Position numbers and translations under genes: made by a program
Source of the DNA: an uncultured Gammaproteobacteria bacterium
GTDB lineage: Bacteria > Patescibacteriota > Microgenomatia > Levybacterales > UBA12049
Direction of reading: 5' to 3'
Assembly (NCBI GenBank): GCA_964507055.1
Contig: CAZDOJ010000001.1
Location: 721,313 to 785,312, forward strand
DNA: 64,000 nucleotides
In this document: one piece after another, positions 41,113 to 49,598 of the stretch
Position numbering within the stretch: the stretch's first letter is position 1
Layout: each line of letters opens with the position of its first letter
Notes under the pieces: model-generated
The model's input: only the letters and a program-made list of their open reading frames with translations
Databases searched by the model: none
What the model was told of the DNA's origin: nothing

Positions 41113-43062
41113 CTATAAATCATTTCTTTTGAACTTTCTTTTAATTGTAGTTGCACTACTGATGATTATAATAGACACAACAGCAAAAACAAAGCCAGGA
41201 TCTGTAACGACATATATAATTCTATTTAAAAGTAATATATATGGTTTTTGAAGTAATTCTAACTTTGGTTGAGAATACACTGTAACCAAACTTGTTGATG
41301 AAGTATCAACAAAAAGTTCTTCTGAATTATTCACTCTCTTTGACGAAAGTTCTAAGACATAGTCTTTCCCTTTTGCATCAACAATAACTGGAATCCCAAA
41401 CCCAAAGAAGGGAGATCCTTCAGCAGTATTCGCATCGCGAGTGTATGTTGCAATTTCTTTATTTTTACCATCCAACAACCTAATAGTAAATTTAGACAAA
41501 CTACCACGTTCTAGATTCTCTGAAGGATGTTCCTGGGCATAACGCAAACGAATATATATAGCACTGAGATCTTGATCTTTTGCTTTAAAGGGTATCCGTA
41601 AAGCTTTTTCACTTACCTGTAATTCTGATGTTTGAGCGGTGATTGGATGTCGTGATAGTAGTAAAGTGGGAGAAAAACTACCAGAATACAAATAAAATAT
41701 AATGGCAATACTACAAAAAGCAGTAACTACAACTCTACGTGTTGAAAATGATTGTGAAGCTTTTCTGACTTTTTCTTTTGAAGAAGCGAGTGTCGTTTCA
41801 AGTAAGTCTCTCTTGCTTTTGAAATATAATCGCTCGATGAAATAAAATAAGTAACTTGCTACTGCTACTCCCAAAATGATCATCAGGAAAAATACAAATG
41901 TATCGTTAAGATTTGGGAAACTCATTGTTGCTTTATTTACCCATTCAATAATATGAGTATGAGAAAGATACAAAGAATAACTAATTAACCCAAGAAATAC
42001 TAACATTTTAGTACTAAAAATTTTATAAGAAAGCGTTTTAGGAACAATTGCCGAAGCAATGAGTAAAGCAATAATCCAACTTGAGACAAGATAGTAATAG
42101 TTCATGAATACGATACTTTGTCCATGACGAATATGTGTATCTCCCCATTGAAGTCCTACAAATAAGAGTAATATAAAAATTACAGAGAAAGGATTACTAA
42201 CAAATGGTAAAAGCTTTTGCCAAATTTTTCCATTGCTTTGATAAATAGTACCAAGAACAACCCCCGCAACAAACCCACTTGCTCGTGCAATATTCATACT
42301 TTGCAGACCCGCAAATGGAACTATCGCGTAATCTAAATTAAAAAGAATTATTGTAACTGCAGCAATGCACAGAACCGAGAAAAATATTCCAAGCTTTTTA
42401 CAAACATAAATCAAAGGAATAACAATAAAAGGATAGACTACATAAAATAAAACTTCAGGAGCCAAACTCCAAACCACACCACTCAACCGTAGAATATCTT
42501 TTGCAAAAGGCGTCGTCAATGTAAGATTTGAAAGTAAAGTTAGTATGTTTGTAATATCAGTTGCTCCTGGGTTCGCAAAGAAGCGAGGAGTAATGAAGAT
42601 ATTGAGAAAGACCAGTATTATCTGCAAACTAACAAATCCAAAAAAAAGTACCTTCCCAATATATCTTGAAACCATAGATGCTTTGAACAATTTCCACAGA
42701 AAAAATACACCTAAGGCAGTTCCTAAGAATATAAGTGCTTGCAAATAATATGGACTTCCTTTGATTTGTGAAATAAGCCAAAGAGAAGTAATTACAACAC
42801 CTAAAATTGGAAAAATACGTGCATAGCGTTTTTGAATATACTTCCATGTAACGGGTATCGACGGGTACAAAAAAGCCATAAGAAAACCTGACAAAACGAA
42901 AAGTATTTGGACAGAATTTGGCCCTACAGCAAGGGTTTGATAAGCGGTGATAATAATAGGATTCGGTATAAATAATGAGGGAGAATAACCAGTATGAGAA
43001 AGTAGTACGGCGAATGCAGCAAATCCTCGCAATCCATCAAGTGCAGGCAATCTTGTTTTCAC
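41113..43062 (-). CDS. acyltransferase family 3 (OafA/YrhL-like) membrane O-acyltransferase with ~270-aa C-terminal extracytoplasmic extension
   Basis: 'LPALDGLRGFAAFAVLLSHTG' AT3 signature, ~10 TM helices, then soluble C-terminal domain and a terminal TM. Confidence 0.7.
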   Translation of the reverse strand: MKTRLPALDGLRGFAAFAVLLSHTGYSPSLFIPNPIIITAYQTLAVGPNSVQILFVLSGFLMAFLYPSIPVTWKYIQKRYARIFPILGVVITSLWLISQIKGSPYYLQALIFLGTALGVFFLWKLFKASMVSRYIGKVLFFGFVSLQIILVFLNIFITPRFFANPGATDITNILTLLSNLTLTTPFAKDILRLSGVVWSLAPEVLFYVVYPFIVIPLIYVCKKLGIFFSVLCIAAVTIILFNLDYAIVPFAGLQSMNIARASGFVAGVVLGTIYQSNGKIWQKLLPFVSNPFSVIFILLLFVGLQWGDTHIRHGQSIVFMNYYYLVSSWIIALLIASAIVPKTLSYKIFSTKMLVFLGLISYSLYLSHTHIIEWVNKATMSFPNLNDTFVFFLMIILGVAVASYLFYFIERLYFKSKRDLLETTLASSKEKVRKASQSFSTRRVVVTAFCSIAIIFYLYSGSFSPTLLLSRHPITAQTSELQVSEKALRIPFKAKDQDLSAIYIRLRYAQEHPSENLERGSLSKFTIRLLDGKNKEIATYTRDANTAEGSPFFGFGIPVIVDAKGKDYVLELSSKRVNNSEELFVDTSSTSLVTVYSQPKLELLQKPYILLLNRIIYVVTDPGFVFAVVSIIIISSATTIKRKFKRNDL

Positions 43063-43079
43063 AACTCTATTATACAGAT

Positions 43080-43544
43080 TTAATGGGAAGAATGAATCAC
43101 TGCATGACCTTTTCCTCTAGATATCAACCAGAAATTCACAGGATAGGCAAAGACAAAAGCTATAGCTAAAGCAAAAACTAAACTTCCCCAGAATAGTATT
43201 GATGTGAGATGTGCATCCATTGCCCCAGGTATGAAAAACATAATTGCATTATCAACAATCTCCATAATAGTTATCGACAGTGTATCTGAAGCAAAAGCAA
43301 GTGGTAATGCTTTTTTGATTTGCATACCGGATCGCAATAGAGGCAATAATGTTAGCGAATAACCAAAAAAGAAAGCCAAAAGAATTGAAACAATAATCGT
43401 TTCTATATTTGGCCAATGAAAAATTGTCCCCAAAGTCATACCAAGTACTTCACCAATTGCACATCCGGTCAGACAATGCAGCGTTGCCATAAATGAAATA
43501 TTTTTAAGACTTATTTGTTTGTGATTGTAATGTTCGTGATTCAT
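43080..43544 (-). CDS. DUF4396 family membrane protein (putative metal-binding, CxxxC)
   Basis: 'MATLHCLTGCAIGEVLGMTLGT' signature; 4 TM helices. Confidence 0.6.
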   Translation of the reverse strand: MNHEHYNHKQISLKNISFMATLHCLTGCAIGEVLGMTLGTIFHWPNIETIIVSILLAFFFGYSLTLLPLLRSGMQIKKALPLAFASDTLSITIMEIVDNAIMFFIPGAMDAHLTSILFWGSLVFALAIAFVFAYPVNFWLISRGKGHAVIHSSH

Positions 43545-43546
43545 AA

Positions 43547-44128
43547 TTAAGGTTTTTTAAGAAGACTTTGCATTAATGTAATTTCTTCATTCTGCGTTGA
43601 AACGATATCATTACTTAATGTCTTTAGTTCAGTTCTTTTTGTAATTGGTTGGATAGCTTTTGCCATTGATACAGCCGCTTGATGATGGATTATCATGTCG
43701 TTCAGATATGATTGCTCAGCTTCTTCTGTACTTTTTCCAGCAAGTGATTTCATCATTGGTTTGTATATTCCATCATTTTTATATTCTGTACTAAACCATT
43801 CCTTGTACCACATCTTCATTTGTGTAATTTCTTTTTCCTGTGCTGTGATAATATTTTGTGCAAGTTCTTTAACTTCTGGTGTCTGAGCATTTTGTAGTAC
43901 CTGCTGAGAAGAAGTCACCGCCTCTTCATGATGTGGGATCATCTCTTCGATAAAAGTTTTATCGTCTTTGACAGTCATCGCATGTTGGTCATGCCCTACA
44001 AGAGAATGCATATCTTGAGACATTTTTACCATGCCTTGATTGAGAGCATCATTATGGTCTTTTTTTTGCAAAAACCAACCACCAATACCAATGATGATCA
44101 GTATGAGAATAATTACCAAATATTTCAT
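43547..44128 (-). CDS. DUF305 family protein (CopM-like periplasmic metal-binding four-helix protein)
   Basis: N-terminal signal anchor; duplicated 'IPHHEEAV' / 'MIIHHQAAV' HH motifs typical of DUF305. Confidence 0.65.
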   Translation of the reverse strand: MKYLVIILILIIIGIGGWFLQKKDHNDALNQGMVKMSQDMHSLVGHDQHAMTVKDDKTFIEEMIPHHEEAVTSSQQVLQNAQTPEVKELAQNIITAQEKEITQMKMWYKEWFSTEYKNDGIYKPMMKSLAGKSTEEAEQSYLNDMIIHHQAAVSMAKAIQPITKRTELKTLSNDIVSTQNEEITLMQSLLKKP

Positions 44129-44397
44129 TTGCTGTTACGTTTAAAAAGTTTTACCAGCTCTTCAGTCGCTTTTTCCGGTTCGTTTTTGAATTGCTCTTTA
44201 ATATGTGTCGTTAAATGTCGTTCAAAAAGTACTGTGTCTAAACTTCGGAGCGAACTTTGTATAGCAAGACTTTGATTAAGCAGATCCATACAATATTCAT
44301 CATTATCAATCATTTTCTGCAAACCATCGAGTTGGCCCTTGATAATATTAATCCGCTTTTGTGCATGAACTTTGACATCTTCGTAATGTGATTTCAT
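44125..44397 (-). CDS. csoR: metal-sensing transcriptional repressor, CsoR/RcnR/FrmR family
   Basis: 90 aa, 'KRINIIKGQLDGLQKMIDNDEYCMDLLNQSLAIQSSLRSLDTVLFERHL' with the family's Cys...His pattern; ATGA overlap with the downstream DUF305 gene. Confidence 0.7.
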   Translation of the reverse strand: MKSHYEDVKVHAQKRINIIKGQLDGLQKMIDNDEYCMDLLNQSLAIQSSLRSLDTVLFERHLTTHIKEQFKNEPEKATEELVKLFKRNSK

Positions 44398-44406
44398 AAA
44401 TTTATG

Positions 44407-44427
44407 ATATACCCCTAGGGGGTATAT
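44407..44427. promoter_or_regulatory. GC-rich inverted repeat ATATACCCCTAGGGGGTATAT, candidate CsoR operator
   Basis: Near-perfect palindrome (4C/5G arms) 10 bp upstream of the csoR start, in the divergent intergenic region; matches the C/G-tract palindromes bound by CsoR-family repressors. Confidence 0.55.
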
Positions 44428-44460
44428 GTCAAGAGAACACTAGGAGTATAATAGTAAAAA

Positions 44461-45537
44461 ATGACTACTGAAGATATCCTCAGACACAGACTCTACAATG
44501 AACAACTCGTAACGCATCAATTCAAAACGGTAGCAGAACTTGTCAAATATCTAGGAGCTGTCCAATCACAGGACTATGCTGGAGCGAAATGGGCTTTAGC
44601 ACAAAGACTCTCAAATATATCGGAGACAGAACTTGATAGAGCATATGACAATGGTGAAATATTGCGAACTCATGCACTTCGTCCGACGTGGCATTTTGTC
44701 CATCCTGAAGATATTTTGTGGATTCTTAGTTTGAATGCTCCTGGATTTAAAAGGATTTTAAAATACTATTACACACAACTAGACCTTAATGAAAAAGTCA
44801 TGAAACAGTCCCAAGAGATTATGCAGGAAGCACTTCATGGAGGAAAAGCTTTGACACGAACGGAGATTGGAGAACTTTTATTGAGAGCAAAAATCCCTGG
44901 AAAAGGACAAGCACTTGGCCATATTATGGGCGAAGCTGAAATTGATGGAATTATTTGTAGTGGACCCCGAAAAGGCAAACAATTTACTTATATGCTCATT
45001 TCTGAACGAGCCCCACAAGCCAAAACATTGCAATGGGATGAAGCATTAAAAGAACTGACGAAACGATACTTCACAAGTCATGGACCTGCACAAATGAAAG
45101 ATTTCGCATGGTGGACTGGTCTACCAATTGCAGAAGTGAAAAAAGGCTTGGAGCTAAATAGAGACAATTTGGTAAAGGAATCGATTTATGGAAATGACTA
45201 TTGGCATTCTGAGAAGTCCAAAATCGAGAAGACTGTGCCAAAAAATGTGTATTTGTTACCTAACTACGATGAATATGCAATTGCGTATAAAGATCGCTCA
45301 GCTTTTTATGATCCTGCAAACACTGAAACATTTGATCAAAGAAATAATGTAATCTTTGGACATATGATCTTTATTGAGGGGAAAATTGTCGGAATGTGGA
45401 GAAGAACTATTCAAAAAAAGACAGTCGAAATCGAAACCCTCCTCTATCGTAAGCTCACAAACGATGAAGGAGAACGATTACACAAAGCCGCTAAAGACTA
45501 TGGAAACTTCCTCAGCCTCGATGCCATCATAAAATAG
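44461..45537 (+). CDS. winged-helix DNA glycosylase, AlkZ/YcaQ-like (HTH_42/DUF1006)
   Basis: N-terminal 'LVKYLGAVQSQDYAGAKWALAQRL' with a Q-hydrophobic-Q catalytic-type motif; overall ~360-aa YcaQ-like length. Confidence 0.5.
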   Translation: MTTEDILRHRLYNEQLVTHQFKTVAELVKYLGAVQSQDYAGAKWALAQRLSNISETELDRAYDNGEILRTHALRPTWHFVHPEDILWILSLNAPGFKRILKYYYTQLDLNEKVMKQSQEIMQEALHGGKALTRTEIGELLLRAKIPGKGQALGHIMGEAEIDGIICSGPRKGKQFTYMLISERAPQAKTLQWDEALKELTKRYFTSHGPAQMKDFAWWTGLPIAEVKKGLELNRDNLVKESIYGNDYWHSEKSKIEKTVPKNVYLLPNYDEYAIAYKDRSAFYDPANTETFDQRNNVIFGHMIFIEGKIVGMWRRTIQKKTVEIETLLYRKLTNDEGERLHKAAKDYGNFLSLDAIIK

Positions 45538-45613
45538 CTTTAGATATTATTTGACATATTAAGTATTGCATCATTCCGTATATTATTATATAAATAGATA
45601 ACAAGCTTTATAT

Positions 45614-46867
45614 ATGTCTGCCCCATATAAAAAGAATTATAAGAAATTGTTTTCTGCTGTATTTATCATATTCAGCCTACTTGGTGCATTTCAAGCCACC
45701 ATTGATCATCAAACACCTACTCACACTACGGTGTTAGGTGCCGAGCGAAAAATTACGCCGACTCCAAAACCTTTGAAGGTAAAAGCAACACCAACTCCAG
45801 TTAATAAACCGCAAAAATCTACACCAGAAGTGAGTCTCTCGGGACTTAAAGTACAAGGTAATATTTTGGTAAATAATCAGGGCAAAACCGTTATTTTACG
45901 AGGAGCAAATAGAAGTGGGACAGAATATATGTGTGTTGGCGGAAATTTCTCTGAAGGCCCAACTGATGTAAATTCACTCCAAGCTATGAAGAAATGGAAA
46001 CTCAATACAGTTCGAGTTCCACTGAATGAATCCTGTTGGCTTGGAATTAATGGCGTGAAATATGGTGGAGCTGCATACCAAAAATCTATACAAAATTATA
46101 TCAATACAATTACCGCAAATAATATGGTCGCAATTTTGGACCTCCACTGGAATGCACCAGGAAATATAAAAGCTGAAGGACAGAACCCTATGCCAGATGC
46201 AGACCATTCACCAACATTTTGGAAGGAAGTTGCAACAACATTCAAAGCAAATGATAAAGTAGTTTTCGATATATTCAACGAACCAGATCCAATTCCTTAT
46301 CGAGATAATTATCCAGGAGGATTTTCAAAATGGCAGCAAGATGATTTCAATTGTCTATTAAATGGATGTGAAGTAACAACGAAAAAAGATAATGTAAAAT
46401 ACCAAGCCGTTGGTACTCAAAAGCTTGTCGATACAGTACGTGCAACCGGTGCAAAGAACGTAATCATGGTGGCTGGTATACAATCAGCTCAAACAATTAC
46501 GCAATACAAAGGCAACAAAAGTTCAAACCCAAGTGGTTATATGCCAATCGATCCCCAAAAGAATCTTGCAGTAGCAATGCATCAATATAATAAAGCCGCC
46601 TGTTCTGACGTAAAGTGTTGGGAAGATACAGTCGCACCAGTCGCAAAAGTCTATCCAATTATTACTGGAGAATTTGGTGATACTGATTGCTCCGATACTT
46701 ATACCAAACAATTACTTCCATGGCTTGATAAAAATAAAATTAGCTATGTTGGATGGACATGGGATGTTTGGGCAAATAGTTGTGAGACCCTTATCAAAGA
46801 TTATAATGGCACGCCTACACAACCATACGGACAAGCGTATTATAATCATCTCCAAAAAGTTAACTAA
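45614..46867 (+). CDS. secreted glycoside hydrolase family 5 (endoglucanase-like)
   Basis: Signal peptide; catalytic acid/base 'DIFNEPD' (NEP) and nucleophile 'ITGEFGDTD' (GEFG). Confidence 0.75.
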   Translation: MSAPYKKNYKKLFSAVFIIFSLLGAFQATIDHQTPTHTTVLGAERKITPTPKPLKVKATPTPVNKPQKSTPEVSLSGLKVQGNILVNNQGKTVILRGANRSGTEYMCVGGNFSEGPTDVNSLQAMKKWKLNTVRVPLNESCWLGINGVKYGGAAYQKSIQNYINTITANNMVAILDLHWNAPGNIKAEGQNPMPDADHSPTFWKEVATTFKANDKVVFDIFNEPDPIPYRDNYPGGFSKWQQDDFNCLLNGCEVTTKKDNVKYQAVGTQKLVDTVRATGAKNVIMVAGIQSAQTITQYKGNKSSNPSGYMPIDPQKNLAVAMHQYNKAACSDVKCWEDTVAPVAKVYPIITGEFGDTDCSDTYTKQLLPWLDKNKISYVGWTWDVWANSCETLIKDYNGTPTQPYGQAYYNHLQKVN

Positions 46868-46895
46868 TCAAACTCTTCAAATGATATAATTATGT

Positions 46896-47495
46896 ATGAC
46901 CTTTTCATATCCTCTTAAACTAAACTTCAAGCTTATGGCGTTAGCTCCCCGAATATCAGTAATTGACGCAAATAATCAGGAAATATTTTATATTGAACAA
47001 AAAGTACTTGCACTGAAAGAAGCTATAAAAGTGTTTGATAACCAGAAAGACAAAAACCTACTTTATACTATGCAAGCAAACCAAATCATTGATTTTGGGG
47101 CAACCTATATTTTTAAAGATGCAAAAAACCATCGTGATATTGGATCCATTCAACAAGAAGGTATGCGGTCATTGTTTCAGGCAAGCTATGCTATCACTGA
47201 TAAAAATGGGGTAGATTCATATACTATTAAGCAAACAAATCCTATGATAGCTATATTGGATTCATTAATAAACATTATTCCATTCGCCGAGCTTGTAAGT
47301 GGATTTATACTCAATCCGACATATGCAGTGACAAAAAATGATGATCAACAAGTCATGATCACAATGAAAAAGAAACCAAGCTTTTTCGAATCAAACTTTG
47401 AGCTTGTGAAAGATCAATCAATACCCGAGAAAGACGAACTATTGTTACTCTTATCCATAGCAATGCTTGTTCAATTGGAACGAAATCGTGGCTAA
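46896..47495 (+). CDS. hypothetical protein (possibly LURP-one-related/DUF567-like)
   Basis: 199 aa soluble; weak resemblance only. Confidence 0.3.
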   Translation: MTFSYPLKLNFKLMALAPRISVIDANNQEIFYIEQKVLALKEAIKVFDNQKDKNLLYTMQANQIIDFGATYIFKDAKNHRDIGSIQQEGMRSLFQASYAITDKNGVDSYTIKQTNPMIAILDSLINIIPFAELVSGFILNPTYAVTKNDDQQVMITMKKKPSFFESNFELVKDQSIPEKDELLLLLSIAMLVQLERNRG

Positions 47496-48443
47496 TTATT
47501 TGTAAAACTCGAAGATCACAAAAAGCACATACACCACGAGTAACGCTATTCCATTACGCCGCGAAATAAACTTTTTAGTCGTGAAGAAAACATAAAATAG
47601 AAGTAATGCTGTAGCAATAAAAATAAACGTGACAAAGAAGTTATCGACAGTTATGATTTCTCCACTATGCAAAAGCGTGAACACGCCAAAAAGAATTGTA
47701 TTTACTGCTGCTGAACCCAAATAGTCACCCATTGCAACCTCTTTCTTCCCTGAGACAACAGATCGAATCGCAATAGAAAGTTCAGGTAAGTTGGTCCCTA
47801 AAGAAATAACTATCAAACCAATATAAAACGTCGAGATATTAAAAACATCAGCGAAATAAACTGTTTTATCAACAATAATATTACTTGAGAGAAAGACCAA
47901 ACCAATACCGATAAGCATGGTAAGAATGTCTTTCAATGAATATGCTTTCGAATTAAAAAGTTCTTTGTTTTCGCGATTGAGTATCCCATCTTTCCGTTCC
48001 ACAAGATAAAGCAATGCGACATACATGACTACAAGCAACGCACCTTCTAAATTTGTTATTCTTTTATCTAGAACTAATAAAGAAGGGGCTGATATGACAG
48101 CCAGAGTTGCAACAAGTGTCTTCTTATCAAGTTCATGTTTTAAACTTATACCCTTGCCAAAGACCGCAAGGATCGGAATAATAAAAAGAAACATGACGAC
48201 AATCCCCCCGAGTAAATTCCCAACGAAAATCTCAGCATCATGATCTGCAACTGCTTGAATTCCTACAGAAAATTCTGGGATAGAAGTAAGAAGTCCAAGG
48301 AAAATGAAAGAGAAAGCAAAAGCTGAAAGTCGAAGTCTACTTGAAAATTTTGTTGCTGCTGCGACAATGAGCCCTGAACCATACCAAATAAGAACAAAGG
48401 CAGCAATGTAAAGAAGAGTATTGATCGTATTATCAAGAAGCAT
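47496..48443 (-). CDS. Na+/Ca2+ exchanger family (CaCA, YrbG-like) membrane protein
   Basis: Duplicated alpha-repeats 'GNLLGGIVVMFLFIIP' and 'GTNLPELSIAIRSVVSG...GDYLGSAAVNTILFGV'. Confidence 0.75.
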   Translation of the reverse strand: MLLDNTINTLLYIAAFVLIWYGSGLIVAAATKFSSRLRLSAFAFSFIFLGLLTSIPEFSVGIQAVADHDAEIFVGNLLGGIVVMFLFIIPILAVFGKGISLKHELDKKTLVATLAVISAPSLLVLDKRITNLEGALLVVMYVALLYLVERKDGILNRENKELFNSKAYSLKDILTMLIGIGLVFLSSNIIVDKTVYFADVFNISTFYIGLIVISLGTNLPELSIAIRSVVSGKKEVAMGDYLGSAAVNTILFGVFTLLHSGEIITVDNFFVTFIFIATALLLFYVFFTTKKFISRRNGIALLVVYVLFVIFEFYK

Positions 48444-48490
48444 GCATTTTAAGTATATAAAGAAACGGCCGAGCAGACAAGTTACACAGC

Positions 48491-48910
48491 TTAATCAAGT
48501 TGATTAGATACTCTACTGAGGAGTTCATCCATAGAGAAAGGTTTTTCCATAAAGTCATTTGCTCCGGCTTTCATTGCAGACCAACCTATATCACGGCTCG
48601 CAGAGAATAGAATAATTGGGATATCTTTTGTTTGTGAGTTCTTTTTTAGATAGCGACAAATCTCTCTACCATCTTCATTATCCATCCAAACATCCATAAG
48701 GATAAGATCGACATCATTTGATTCGAGATCATAGAGCTTACTTGTATCCCGGATTATATGTACTGTATAACCTTCATCAGTCAAAATGAGTTTTATTGCT
48801 TCACAGATAGACTGATCGTCGTCCACAACAAGTATCTTTTTTCTTAAACCAATCGTACTCTTTTGAGACCTTGCTGAGGCATATAAAGTTTGCTTTTGAT
48901 AGAATTCCAT
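48491..48910 (-). CDS. single-domain response regulator (CheY-like receiver)
   Basis: 'KILVVDDDQSI', 'LILMDVWM', 'IPIILFSA', 'KPFSMDELL' — D-D-T/S-K receiver residues. Confidence 0.75.
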   Translation of the reverse strand: MEFYQKQTLYASARSQKSTIGLRKKILVVDDDQSICEAIKLILTDEGYTVHIIRDTSKLYDLESNDVDLILMDVWMDNEDGREICRYLKKNSQTKDIPIILFSASRDIGWSAMKAGANDFMEKPFSMDELLSRVSNQLD

Positions 48911-49010
48911 ACAATTATATTGTATGGACGGAGTATGGGGATATCGTAAGAGATATGACGGAAATGTGTTTTATTTTCTTAAAAATCTTGTAAGCATACT
49001 CTACCGAGTT

Positions 49011-49517
49011 CTATTTAGCGAACCTTTTCCGCTTATCAGCTGGAATTTCAGAAGAATCTTTTGATATTGTCATAGATGTACTATCAACATCATATGTTTG
49101 TCCCCGCTCCATTGAAACAGGGCGTTTGCCAAATCTTTCAGGATAAAGCTTTACTGCGTGTGCTTCAAAAATACCTATAGCTGCACGTCGTACTGAAAAA
49201 ATTCGAGCAGCTTCCGCAGGGTTCATTTCGTCCGAAGGTTTACTCCTATTATTTCCTAAGGGGTCTGAAAGAACTTCTAAGCGTTCAGTAGACATTCCTC
49301 CAATTACTCGTGCTATAGAGTCCTTAAATTGAATTCCTTTCGCTTCAGATCCATCATTTTTTAAATAACTTGCAACTTCTTCATGATATGCGATGGCAGC
49401 ATCCACCACAGCATTCTTATTTGTTAGTGACTCTGGATCAACAATAGGTTCTGGAAGACGTAAAGCACGTTTTTCAGTTTCTTGAGTATGCGAAATACCG
49501 GATTCTAGTAAACTCAT
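49011..49517 (-). CDS. hypothetical protein
   Basis: 168 aa, soluble, no recognisable motif. Confidence 0.35.
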   Translation of the reverse strand: MSLLESGISHTQETEKRALRLPEPIVDPESLTNKNAVVDAAIAYHEEVASYLKNDGSEAKGIQFKDSIARVIGGMSTERLEVLSDPLGNNRSKPSDEMNPAEAARIFSVRRAAIGIFEAHAVKLYPERFGKRPVSMERGQTYDVDSTSMTISKDSSEIPADKRKRFAK

Positions 49518-49598
49518 CCGTATAGTTTATATCATACTATAAGATATAACTTGACGATGATCTGACTTGAACCTGACAAAACTGAAGAGCTTTTTGCC

